A DNA stretch of 64,000 nt, taken from assembly GCA_964304625.1 (NCBI GenBank), contig OZ199839.1, positions 6,948,234 to 7,012,233 on the forward strand, given 5' to 3'. The notes under the pieces are model-generated. The model had not been told where the DNA came from, ran no database searches, and worked only from the letters and a program-made list of their open reading frames with translations. The DNA is from Kudoa neothunni. Its lineage: Eukaryota; Animalia; Cnidaria. Positions 40,527 through 53,581 of the stretch are shown in pieces. Within the stretch, counting starts at the first letter, position 1. Each line of letters begins with the position of its first letter. The position numbers and the translations under genes are program-made.

Positions 40527-41244
40527 TCCTGATATATACAGAGGACTGCCGGTATGTATTTTTTTTGTGTGTGCAACTGCCCCTAAGTACTCATGCGTAA
40601 CAAATTTTTTCGTTGTACACACATTTATGGAACGTTTAATAATTTAGAATATTGGAAAAATGTTGACTTTTTCGGTTTGAAGTTTATTTAGTAGATTACA
40701 CGATTGCAACAATAAAATTAAAATCAGTTTATTACAGAATGATGGTCAATTAAAGTTAACATTCTCTTTTATATGCTTCATAGAACCGGTAAATTAATGA
40801 CGAATTGTTTGCGTATGTCATAATAAGATAGATTGAAGCTATTAATATTGGTACTAGATCCTAAACTTTCGTTAAACTTAAAGTTTGGCAATAAGATTGA
40901 ATGTATACATTTAAATTATATTTTATACAATTATTTAAAATATTTTTGTTGATATTTAAGGGTTATATAGCTGTTTTAAAGGAAGAGTGTATAGACATGC
41001 CGGATACAAATTTGAGCAACAACAATTAATCATCACAAGTTATTACCAAATTATACAGTTTGTGTTATGTTTATGATCTTCATTTTAACTGCATTTATCA
41101 CAATCGTCAAAAGTATGATATTTACAACAAAAATTAATTTAATTTCTTTTCTATATTAATTGAAAGAATTTATATATTGTTTTACACACGCTCTGCTATG
41201 AAAAGTATTCCCAATCCGGTGCGAAGCTGGGAACTTTTAGTTAG
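40527..41244 (+). mobile_element. Diverged Helitron-like copy
   Basis: 5' A|TCCTGATATATACAG..TGTGTGTGCAAC..CATGCG..AAATTTTT. 3' CCGGTGCGAAGCTGGG..TTAG|T. Confidence 0.4.
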
Positions 41245-41395
41245 TAACTAATAAATCATAACTGTCATTATTTATAATCATGATATATCTACTTCATAAA
41301 ATAAATATATTAAAAAATACGACATAATAGTAAACCAAGTAAATTTTATTATAGAAAATAGTAAAATGCAATAACAACAAATCTGAAATTTACAA

Positions 41396-42238
41396 CTAAA
41401 TAAGGTAGTAATCCAATGAGTAATTTTTCTACAAAAATATAATTGAATCTGAACAAAAATATGAAATATACATTTTTTAACATAATGTAAACCAATACAA
41501 TCACCGGAATCATCAGCAAAATGGCTATACAAATGGAGAGCAATCCAGATATGATCAGGAGAAGATTGTGGCTGTTGGTAGAATTTATAGCAAGAGCTAC
41601 AGAATTGATGTAGTTGGAAGTGGTGAAAGTGGTATAGTTGTTGTATTCAACGATAAGTAGGATACCACCCATGAAATTGATGAAAAATCCCCAACAATAA
41701 AACAACAATATGATCATGATATTTCTGAGCATCAAAGGGAGCAATTTATAGCTGTGCGTGGAGGTGAGAAGCATTTCCATAATCAAGGAGAACAACGTAG
41801 CCACATGAATGATTCCTGCAATAGTTGAGACCAAATATTTCATGGAGATCGAAATAATATCCAAGGTGAGCACAATAACATTGATGGTGGTAAAAACGAA
41901 ATGAAAAAGAAAATAACTGAGTGGTTCATTGAAAATAGCCACGACATTATTGGATTCATTGTACTCAATCCTATCTACCCTCACATAATGGAAATCTAAT
42001 TTACCCAAAAAGAGTAACCAATCAATAAAATACCGTTATCGCTTGAAGGGAGGTTGTATTGAGAATCACAAATATTAGAAAAATTCATAACAGCAAAGAC
42101 CAACTCTTGACTAATGTTATGTTGTCCTGGGGGAATGTGAAGATTCGTGAGAGGTGATCCCAGGAAATCCCCAGTTGCAGTTCACTTCGAGTCGTCAATC
42201 GATATGGTACTTTTATTGAATACTACCGCCCACTCCAT
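41396..42238 (-). CDS. Unidentified multi-pass (about 4 TM) membrane protein; 5' exon reading frame disrupted or uncertain
   Basis: ORF 41349-42008 has four hydrophobic segments and plausible splice sites at both ends. The upstream GC-richer exon starts MEWAVVFNK but needs an indel to stay open. Confidence 0.5.
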
Positions 42239-42310
42239 TTCTTTGACAGAAAAATTATGCGCATAAAAACCCCACTTCAATCAAACACATAATTATATAA
42301 AGTAATAAAT

Positions 42311-44988
42311 CTATAACTTTTTTTTCTTAGATATAATTCTAACAGCTGTTTCGTATCTTGTGTGATAGACTTGAGCCATAGAGTTGATAATCGAAATTAT
42401 AAAGTACAATATCATCATAATTATAAATTTGTCGAAGATATATGAAAACCAGTTTTTATTAATATGGCTCTAATTGATATAGATTCACTCAGAATCCAAT
42501 AAAAAGATTTTAACTACCGCCGCCATATTCGCTGAGATGGTGTTGTTTTGAAGTTGGTGTAATCGAGTGCGTTGGAATTCCACCACATTCGTAAACGTTC
42601 TCTGAATAAACGATCCCACCCATGGTAATAAACTAGCAGAACAAAATATTTATAGCGAGAAAACAATCAAGAAGCCACCTCAATTTTTTCAATATACATT
42701 CAACGTATTTAGGGCTGAAACTAATAATTACAAACGATGTCTAGAAAGCATTTTAAAAGGGGTCACACCTCACCTACTACTCTACCTGAATTGTGGTTTT
42801 TATGATGGATTTTCCAATAATTGTGGCGGAAAAAAATGTTTTCAGCGGAACTAGACAATGTCCGCAAGCGATTCCCGCCAAATCAAATAGAGGATTTGGT
42901 ATCTAAAATATAAAATGAAGTCAAATAATTAAAAATTAATCATTTGACTTAAGTTGTTATTAAAGAGAAATAAATAAAGTGACAGCTTCTACTTTAACCC
43001 CCGAATACCTGCAGGTGGCCAATCAGCACTTATACAACGTAGTTTATTTCCTTTTTTCCCTGCGCGTATTTTTTAGTATGATGGTTCTTTTAAAAATGCT
43101 TAAATAATTTTTTAAATTTAATTTTTTCGCCTAAAATCAAAAAAGAAAAGTTATACGAATTTTCAAATGCCCATCTTATAAATAATAACGTTTGGCTAGT
43201 TAGCATGTATAAAAAAGCTTTTCTGCAGTCAAATAAAAATTCTAAATGTGCTTTGAAGCAAAGAATTTTTTTAATTCATTTTTTTTTCAACCATAACATG
43301 ATTCTGTTTATTAATTTAATCTGGCATGTGAACCGTACATATTATAATAATTTTGTTAAATTACATATCAACGAAAAGAAGTAAGTTAAATATAGTTGTT
43401 TAAAATCTAAAAATCCTTAGGCTATTTATATTTCTTATTCATAAATTAATGTATAATGCCAAATTTCAATTTATAAGGTACGAATTTATATATTTAATAT
43501 ATTTCAGAAATAAACAGAACTTTAACTGTTAAAATAATAAGAAGAAAACGTGAAAAATGAAGAAATAATAATATAGTTTATTTCTAATTTTTCGCGCTAT
43601 TCAAAGTGTATACAGGCATAATTTATTTTTATTATTTTAACACATTTTTGCATGTGGCCACCTCCAGGTATTCGCGTAACTTTTTCCCTCAGGCGTTCGA
43701 GGGTAAACGAAATAATATAATTTCAATTAAAACAAAATAGAAATACCGATGCAAACACAAGTATCCCCCAAAATCCAGTCTTATTGATAGTGTTAAGGAT
43801 TGTGGCTTTACAACGATCAATAAATGACTAAATAACAATGTGTTAAAGCAATATACATTACAGGAAATGTTTCTAATGGGAGATAGCGAATCTAATTTCA
43901 AATATAATTACCAAATTGTTGTAGGATTCGTGTGTGAGTTTCTCATACTCTTCCAACGATTCGTCTTTGTTGCAAAGCTCATTTTTAGATAAAACGGCTT
44001 TAAATAACGATCATATATTAAATAAAGTGCCATTCACTACACTACCTGCTCTTGCCATAAAAAATGGCGGCAATTCACCTAATGCTGTTCCAACCCCCTA
44101 AAGTTTATTGAGTTTGATCGATTTGGTTGCTAATGGTGTTTCATACCCAGAAAAACGCTTCCCATTTAATTTTTTGAAAGATTACCCAAAATTCATATTA
44201 TCACTATCAACGAATGTCACATTTTCAGGACATAGTACGCTTATGTTGAAATTAAAAATTCCACCTATCCCTATATTTAAGATACTCGTTCGGGTATGGT
44301 GGGGGCTGGAAAATTCACTGACTTGCACTCCCATCCTGCCAACGTCACCATAGCAATAATGGTCCCTATAACGATCAATAAGCTCAATTCTACCATTATA
44401 AAACCGGCAGCAAATTGGACAAACAGTTACCAAATAAAGCACAAAAGTGTGTAGACCAGTACCCAAACCAACACTAGAAAGAAATCCTAGTCCTATCCAA
44501 TAGCCAAACCAAACCATTGAGTGTTTGCTGCTGTTTATGATCTATTTTGATGATTGGGATGAGATCAATGTTAAATAATGAGTTGGAAAAACAACGCGAT
44601 TTAATTAGTACATCTGCGTGATATCCATCGATGAAAGATGATAGGTAGATAAGAAATCCAACCAAAATAAGTGGAATAAGACGATTTTTATGATCAAGTC
44701 CCCTGCAAAATGAAACATGTACAATCCAATCGACAAAATATCTTTCACAAAAACAAAATCATACCAAAATAGGTAGGAATTTGCTCGTAGAATTATCTCA
44801 CAGATCGCATATCTTAATGTGAGAAATGGACTACTCCATAGATTGATTTTTTCACTCACTGAATTAATTTTTTCCTCAAACGATATCTCCTCGTTAGGAT
44901 CACAACATTCTAGAAATTTACAGGTAAAATCATCAGTATTTTATTTATAGGTTTAAAGATTCAGGAGAGTACCGAATGAAGGTGTCAT
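42311..44988 (-). CDS. VMP1: Vacuole membrane protein 1 (TMEM49)
   Basis: [88 protein letters not shown]. Apparent 1-nt indels occur near 44300-44365. Confidence 0.93.
42998..43676. mobile_element. piggyBac-like MITE in the VMP1 long intron
   Basis: Left TTAA-CCCCCGAATACCTGCAGGTGGCCA. Right TGGCCACCTCCAGGTATTCG is a 19/20 inverted match. The right terminus is decayed. Confidence 0.65.
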
Positions 44989-47900
44989 TCCAACACGAAA
45001 CTGTTTTTTATCTTATGCGTGAGCATGATTTAGCATTTATTGAGTGAGTGACTCGTGTTGTTGATTTATTGATAGTTGAATCAAGTGTTATTGAACGGAA
45101 ATTCAGTTGTAATTAAATCTGCTTACAACTTTCTTGTGTTTTTCCTACATGACAATAAAGTGAAGTTGGTTTTATAATGATATCCCTTAAAAGGATTAAT
45201 ATATTAATCTCAAAAATAATCACTTTTAAAATGTTTCTATTTTAGTCAATAATTTGAACTATTTATATAAATGATGCATTAATCTGACAAATAGTCAGGA
45301 GATATCAATTCTGAATTCATAGTATGTTTATAAATTAAAATTGGAACCAGTGAAGTATTTTAATGTTTTTAATGATATATTAATTTATTTATTGTTCACA
45401 ATCGATGAATGTTTAATTAAGATTTTATTAGAGATGTGACAAAACAAGTTAAACCATTGTTTCTTACGATTAAGGTGGGCTCGAAGTACGTGTACAATTC
45501 CTCAGATGATTAACGATCAAATACTCCCATGTGTGCTTTTCTTGTAAAGATCACTTTAAATTCTTGTATATTTTTCGTTATAATGCGATGGTGTGAAGTA
45601 TAAAAAATTCTATGAATCTCATAAGCTTTTTCCTTTATTGAGTGAATATAATAAAAATACGAACTTGCGCCAATATGTTATTAACTCTCATATAAGTCAA
45701 TTTTAAATTCCTCTTTTTTAATTAAAATGACCAAAAATAACATAAAAATGAATGAAGAATATTTATTGAATAAAATATGTTGATTGGTGTTAAATCTTAA
45801 GTTGACTTGAGGATGCTCCATTAGATAAATAGGCGCAATAATTATTAAGAAATGTAAGTAAAATAATGTTTTACTTAAAAAATCAAGATTTGAAAAATAT
45901 GGACAAATGAGAAATAGAGGAAAATTGCATCCTACCCGATTAATTTATTCGATAATTTTCGGTATTATTTCGGCGGCTTGGGATTAGATCTGTTTAAATA
46001 AAAAATATTTACTTTATTTGAAATAGTTCTAGTTAAATGTTTACAATTTTTGGGTGTATAACGCAATTTTTGAGGTGTGAAAAATATATTATGCCATATG
46101 GAAGATTTTATTAAATGAGCGTTATATATTTAAAATATATTTTTAATTTGCAAATATATTCATTATATGTTTAGAGAGGGTATCTTATTAATGGAATTCT
46201 GGTACTTTTGCTTGAATGTTCCTCAGATATAATCTATACGAATTGTATAATTTATTACGAGAGAAACTAAACATCTTTAATGGATACAATTTTTTCAATG
46301 GATTAATCTCAAATATTTTAAATTGTTGTAAAAACGCCAATCGTCTGTCCGTAAGGTCGAGCCCAATTTGACATTACCTAAAATAATATTTTCGAGAACT
46401 TATCTGTGTCAAATCTTTTCAATTCTTAAGAATCATCTCCTTCTTCATCAATTTCACCCATTATTCAATATTACTGACCCTTTAAAAGCTTTCTTACATC
46501 GTATTTTCTTTTTGAGATGGCGGTTTCAACAATGGGCGTTAATTCTAATATTGTTTAACCCGTTGATATATATCCAAATGCTGATGCAAAGCTTCATAGG
46601 CCATATTTGGATGATGGCCTCAATCGCAATAAAAATTATCTACAAAGAAAGTCTCGACATTTAAAATATTGTCCTATTTTGAATGAAACATCCTTCCTAA
46701 CCGTCATGTACATATTGTTACCATACACACATGAACAAAAATAATGCAAAAATCCCACATTTTTGAAAACTTTTATAATATATTCAAGGTAAAATCGAGA
46801 ATACACGTATATTGTAATATGACCAAATATATCGATTTTTAGAACATCCAATTAGACGTTTATTCTTCGAATTTTCTTGATACCTTACCTCCGTGAGAAA
46901 TCTTTGAGATTTTCAACTAAATAATGATTTAATTGTCTAGATAAGATGTCGACTATTTTAAAAATATCTTAAAGAGTATATCAGTAAATATGCATTTAGG
47001 AGAGATCGCAATTAGCCGAGAATAACAATGAAATAAAATGAATGTTTAATTATTACTGTAACAATACTACGCGTACATTAAACAGGGAGCGGCGGCTCTG
47101 TTGAACCACTAATAACCTATATAGTATTGAGTCATATTGGTGCATTTATTCAGTGAGTATCTATTCGCTATAATTACTCTTTCAACACAGGGAACATTAT
47201 CATGTTAAATAAAAATTTTTCATTAATTTTATAACGATATTAGATTAGATTACGTTAGAATAAATTCACTTTACATATTGCGCATACTCAATCAATCCAT
47301 GTGCGCGCGTGAGTTTTGAAGTTCCTCATATTGCATAAATTGTTATAATGCGTTCTCTACATTCGACAAAATCACTAAATTTTACTATTAAATATCATAT
47401 AGTATTTAATTTCTTCGTAAGTATAAGCGCCGACATTTGTAGTTCTTCGATGTTTTTATAGCGCATGCGTACTACAAAAATAATGAATATTTGTTGTAAA
47501 AACCTATATACTTTTAATTCAGAAACTAGAATACATTATTTTTGTTAAAATCATTTATTTTTAGTTTAAGAATTTTTTTCTATTTGTTTTTATGCATAGA
47601 TTAATGTACAATTACAATTTTATCCTAAAATTACATAAACGAAATTTATTTATTGTATAAAACAAAATTTATGTCGATGTTACTTGTTCATTGTGCTTTA
47701 AAAAAAATAAATTAGAAAATAAAAATTTTTATTCTCTAAAATTTTGTTTATTTTACAATTCATTAAAAATTGTGTCATGCATGATTTTATAAAAATATCA
47801 TTACATAATGATTGTGTATCAATTATATATAATTTATTTTTAATGACTATGAGAACAATAAAATATTTTTTCCTGATGTATTATTATTCGAAAAATTATA

Positions 47901-48407
47901 AATAACTAATCGTTCATATCTATATGGTACATTCGAAAAATATTTGTCATTTTATCAATTTAAGATGACATGCGAATTCTAGCTTCAATGTTAATTAAAA
48001 TTTTAATAATTAATTATGTCTCCTATTTCAACACTTGTTGTTAATGTATTGAATAGCGAAAAATGATAGATATGAACGGCACAATGTTTCGGTGTAGACA
48101 CGCATACTCTATGTCCACAGTTAGGTTATTGGTTAATGAGACGAACATATGCGAACAATAAGTATCGCCTAACCTTGAGTTGCAAATGTTTTCGTTCAAT
48201 ATAGTCATATAATTTTATTTTTGACGTTAAATCTAAACGAAACTTATTAATGACAATGTGAATAAAACATGTTTATTATATTGATAGAGTATGAACGAAA
48301 CGGAACGAAAAGTTCGGTCTCGATATCAATTTTTTATATCAAAGTGTGTTGGTGAATAAAAATATAATCGACTCGACTGGCAAAGCCTACTGTAAAATAT
48401 AGGCAGT

Positions 48408-51177
48408 GGCTATTCTTACGGTAACGATTATCTCCCAGAATGATTAAGATATTACAAAACCGATTTCATTAATATTTAAAGCGATTATTTATTTCCTCAA
48501 AAATAAATTTTAGTCAAGTTGGCTTTTCATTAAAAATTAGTGATGGATTTGAGCGCTTAACGATAGCATACATTCGTAATTTACCTAATAATGCTTTTAT
48601 AAATTGAATTAATAGCCATCCGAATATTTTTATCTGTTGGCAATATCTAATACTGTAGTAAAATTAGTTTACACGATTCGACTTTTTACCACGTGCCTCT
48701 TGCGTTCAGCACACCGTGTCGAATTGAGCTAAGTTGTGGGTATTACAGAACCCTTGTAAAAATTAATCGTTAAATATTTATATGAAGATTTTCTTAATAA
48801 GTTTAGTGTGGAATATTAAAGCTATCTTAAACTCTGATTAGTCCTAGTTTTAATTATATATTGAATATACAAGCAACAGTTCTATCTTCAAAGTCTCAGT
48901 TGTTATAACTTTTTAATGCTACCCTATTTGAAAGCATCAATTTTTGAGCTTCTATTTAGATTGTTTTTCTAAGATATATTGACTAAACTACAACGAATAA
49001 CTCGCCAAATTTAAATATTTACCTAAAACGTTCTGGATGCAAATATTCCTATACAGAGAATAAACTTAAGGATAAGTTTTCCGCACGCACAATTCAACAT
49101 AATGGAACCAAACGGCGCTCCTTTTTTTATTATTGGGATAAGGTTTCATTCGTTTGAAAGTTTACGAACCAAAATAAGAGAATATGAAAATGCAAATTTC
49201 TGCAATATTAATATACGTGATTCAAGAAAGATTCTTAACGCTCAACTAATATTTTATGAAATTCGTTATGTTCGTTTTTTTGGTTTAAGCTACAAATGTG
49301 TTGGCAAAGGAGAAAGGAACACATCATCGATGAAAACCAAATGTCCACTCAGCATTACATTCAGAGCAAGTGGAGATGGAAATTATTTAGAAGTAAGATC
49401 TATGGATTTAGTTGATAATCATATAGTTGATGCTGCTCTCTATTCCAATTTACAAAACCAACGGAAGATAGATACTTCGGACACATATATTGCTGAATTG
49501 ATATCACTGGGTGCAAATAAAAAATTAATGCAATCCAAAGTAAATCAGGAAACTGGAAAAAATGTGTCTTTGAAATCTTTTCACGATGTTAAGAAACTTA
49601 TGTCGAACAAGCTACAACATACTGATTCAGTTGTAAATTTGTTACAAAAATATGATAACTGGAATTTTTTTCGTGGACGAACAAACGAGAAAGGTGTTTG
49701 AATATTATCCAAAAATAAAGTTCTTGGATGCAACCTACAAACTACTTGATTCAAGGTAACATTAATTCTCTTCTTATTTAAAATATATATTTTTAGAGCA
49801 TTCTTTATGAAGAGACAGAGCAAGCAATAAATGGTTATTAAATGAGATAATTAATTTTGCACCTTGGTTGACATCAAGAATCTCACCAACTGTCACAGAC
49901 AAAGATCATAACCTGCGAACATGCCTTGAGGAGATTTTTCCATCTGCTTCTTTAACAATTTGCAAGTTTCATGTTCTCCAAGCTTTTCGAAGAGAATTTT
50001 TGCAAGCTCACCAATGAATTATATGGATATGGAATCGAAAAGCTTATCCAATATTTCAATAAAAATCAGAAACCAAATTGTAAAGAATGGTGTATTGGGT
50101 TAAGTAAATCTGAAAGATTCTATAATAATTCAACGAACAATAGATTAGAGTCTATTAATGCGAAATTAAAAAGTGTCACAAACCAATTTTCAACTCTAGG
50201 AGATTTCTTCACTAATTTCTTCAATTATTTAACGTCTTATTCATTTTTCATAGTATTAGAGCAATTAAGTAAAATAACAACTACCTCCGAGAGAGATGGA
50301 GCAGATATCGAGAGTTGTAATTGTTTGCATCAACGATCTTATAAATATCCTGTTGAAACTTTTTCAAAAAAATTGGCGTCAGCTTCAGAAAAATATTGTG
50401 GGGATTTTTAGTCTCGAAGTTGTCATAAAAAATCATGACAAAGAAAAACTCATTAAAGTTACCAATATAAGTCTCTTAGTTTTATTGCCGTAAAATTTTT
50501 GAAAGATACCTTAATGAAAGGTGAATCTAATAATGATACGTATAGTTACTCTGAAGATAAGGATGCTTCTACAAGTAATATAATTTAAAAATTTTGTAAT
50601 TAATATTGGTAGTTGTGAAGGAAAAATAACATTAAACATTGTATTTTGAACTGTTTTAAGACCTGCAATAACACTAACTTAGATCTACCGTTGACATCCG
50701 AAATGCAAAAATCTATAGGAAGACCCAAAGGCAGTAGAACAACAGTTATTGGGCTCCTAAAAAAGCTAAAAAAATAGAGCTTAGAGAAATTTCTCTAAAA
50801 AATAACCTATCTTGATAACATATTGATTACTCCATCTGAGTAACCATTGAACATTTTGAAAATGTTATTTATTTATTGCTCATTAGCCGTTACGCATTCT
50901 AAGATAAGATAGTCATTTACGCACATTACTAAAATTAATTGTATTATATATCTAATAAAGCTTTCACACAAAAATACAAACTCATACATGCCAAATCGTT
51001 ACAAATAAGTTTATTTTCAAGTAAATTACAAATGTATACTATCAATGAGCGCTAAAATCCACCATTAATTTTTAATGAAAAGTTAATTTGACAAAAATTT
51101 ATTTTTGAGGAAATAAATAATCACTTTAAACATTATCTTAATCATTCTAGGAGATATTCGTTACCGTAAGAATAGCC
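48408..51177 (+). mobile_element. Mutator-like (MULE) transposon with long TIRs and decayed transposase
   Basis: About 160-190 bp inverted repeats starting GGCTATTCTTACGGTAACGA and ending TCGTTACCGTAAGAATAGCC. Internal fragments: ZSWIM3/FAR1-like N-terminus (FHSFESL..KTKCP..NH), VTDKD, CKFHV, TNNRLESINAKLK and a SWIM-like CNC. No clear TSD. Confidence 0.9.
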
Positions 51178-51181
51178 GGTG

Positions 51182-52448
51182 ATTTTTTTTAAAACTCCGC
51201 TGGCAGCCCTGAATAGCGGTAGGTGTGCGTGCGCATTTACGCAAAGTCGTGTCGTAAAATCAGTAAGTAAATCTCTCAGTTTCGTTCGCGTTTTAATTTA
51301 ATCCATTTCGAAAATGGCTAATAGGAAACAACATTTTAACACATGCCATACTACATTTGCGTCAAAATATTCTGCTGGCGACACATTGCAATAAGAGAGC
51401 CATGCAGTTTTCCCATGGAACGGACCACAAGAGGGGAGGATTTATTAAAGTCGTTTACCGATTTCACCAAAGAAAAAAATTTTACAATGGATAAAATTGT
51501 TTCATCGTGTACTAATGATGCTCCGTATATTGTAGGTAAAAAAAAGAGAAATATTTTAAGTTTTCACTGTATCATACCATACATCAGGAGGCGCTTTGTG
51601 CTCAGATCTTTGGCAAACAGTTAGGTAAGACGATGTCGCTGACATTGCAACAGGGCGTTTATTACACTTTGAAAAACTGGGAGAGTTCATAGATGCATGA
51701 CCAAAAAATGGCTCCGCTCAGCATCTTGATATCCAGTAGCTAGCAGGCTTTACATCTAATCTTCTGCAATCATTCAAGGGGCGATTTGGGGAATCTTGTG
51801 AGCGCTGCCGGCTTTTTAGGTTTATAACCCATCCACATAAGTGTGAAATAGATTGTGCTGATTTAAGTTATATCTCCGGTGTCTTCATGAGAGATTTTGA
51901 TTTACAAGTTGTTAACCTGAAGGCCTCTGTCGTGTGGGTACTTAAGTTCAACTCAATGAATGACGATTTGGAAAGACTTGAACGGCAACGAACGGAGTTG
52001 GCGAGTCAACACAAGCGGACAGAAATGAGAAGTATTCAACCCCCAGATCAGCGGATTGCCGAAACTTGGAACGTGCTACCTATTGCATATTACACATCAC
52101 GGCGTGTGAGTATTGATGTACTAACAATGTTTGGCTCTACTTATTCATATGAGCAGTCCTTCTCACACCTAACCAAATACTAACCCGACTACGAAGCCAT
52201 CTCCAAAACAATGACAAAACAAAAATCTCATTAATTATTACAAATATTTTTTTTTATTAGAACAAATAAATATTATTTTGATAAATATAATTCGGAGATT
52301 TTCGTACTTTTAATGGGTTGTAATCGTATAATACACTTATACGCATTAGTGTTTTATGCTTCAGGCATAGCATGTGGCTCTCATGAAGTTATATTTAAAA
52401 ATGTACGGAATTTGTGGCTTTTTGGGCTGAAAAGGTTACCGATCCTTG
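51182..52448 (+). mobile_element. Internally deleted hAT (Charlie/SPIN, GTF2IRD2/EPM2AIP1-like) transposon
   Basis: Fragments HTTFASKY, TTRGEDL..CTNDAP..VG, FHCI and TMFGSTYSYEQSFS (hAT dimerisation motif). Right TIR GGTTACCGATCCTTG. The left TIR was not found. Confidence 0.85.
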
Positions 52449-53581
52449 CTTTACTCGATCGATTAAAGGATGTGGCCTGTTGAAATAACTGCGAGGGGAT
52501 AACAGTTATTTCTATAATATGTTACAGAAACTATTATTGATAACAAATACAGTGCCACAACCTACTGGTTATGCAACACTGATAAACACAAAAACTAGAA
52601 TAATTAACTGGTTCGTTTTTGTCCGTTGTGGTTGATTTGGATTACGGCAACTATTCTAGAATTTAACCAATCGATTATATTTATATTATCTATTTACTTT
52701 AATATTGACGTAATTTACTCGAAAATTGGTCCTCAATCAGAATAGATAATATTAAAAGAATATTTTTATTTTGAAATATATTTTAGAATTTCCACTCAGA
52801 GCGTAAAATGATTATTATATTTTTCGACCGGTCATATTATGATCAGACAGGTGGTTGTTTCACATAGAAATCCGTACTCTCGGCCAAAATATAACATCAT
52901 AAAGAAACTAATATTGCTATACTGTATATACATGAAATCTAAAGAATAATAATCGTATTTAAATTAAAAATACATACTCGAATGATTCCAGTTAACTATG
53001 TTTACTTTAAGCATAGATAATATAGGTTAATTAGTAGTTGTTGTGGCAGGTATCTTTATTATTGTTATTTTCCTCAATGTGTATAATCAGAAACAATTCC
53101 GGTCTTGGAATCAATAGTGAAACCCCCAAAATGTAAAAATAATCAAATATATTATTTCGCTTAATATATTAAGATAGATTTTCCCCCAATATTAATTATC
53201 TACAATTATATGGTATATATTGATTTGTTTTTACTATAAAATAACTAACCCTAACAACTATTACAAATAATAATCAACATATCAATATATTTCTAGAAAA
53301 TATGCACATTTGAGGTTGGAAATATATAAAATGAAGGTAACTCTTAATAGGATTTTTAATAAAAGGTATTAATTGTTAATTATTTAAGCTCATCAATATA
53401 CGATTGTTATTTAGTGGAATCGTATAGCCGTATTGTGTCGAAAGGTGACAGGTTTAGTTATTAAATGGTTTTTGTGTATTTGGTGCCATTAATAACATGT
53501 ATCGTAATTACAGCCGATTGTAATAGCAAAGTAAATATAATATTTTCAAAACCACGGCCTTTCCGTAGCTGTCAATGCACA

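Noticed and set aside
42182-42184. In-frame TGA as selenocysteine or readthrough
   Set aside because: No SECIS seen, no redox motif, and homopolymer indels elsewhere make a frame error more likely.
46330-46960. ORFs 46368-46664 and 46636-46851 as genes
   Set aside because: No motifs or consistent splice structure. Possibly decayed TE sequence that I cannot classify.
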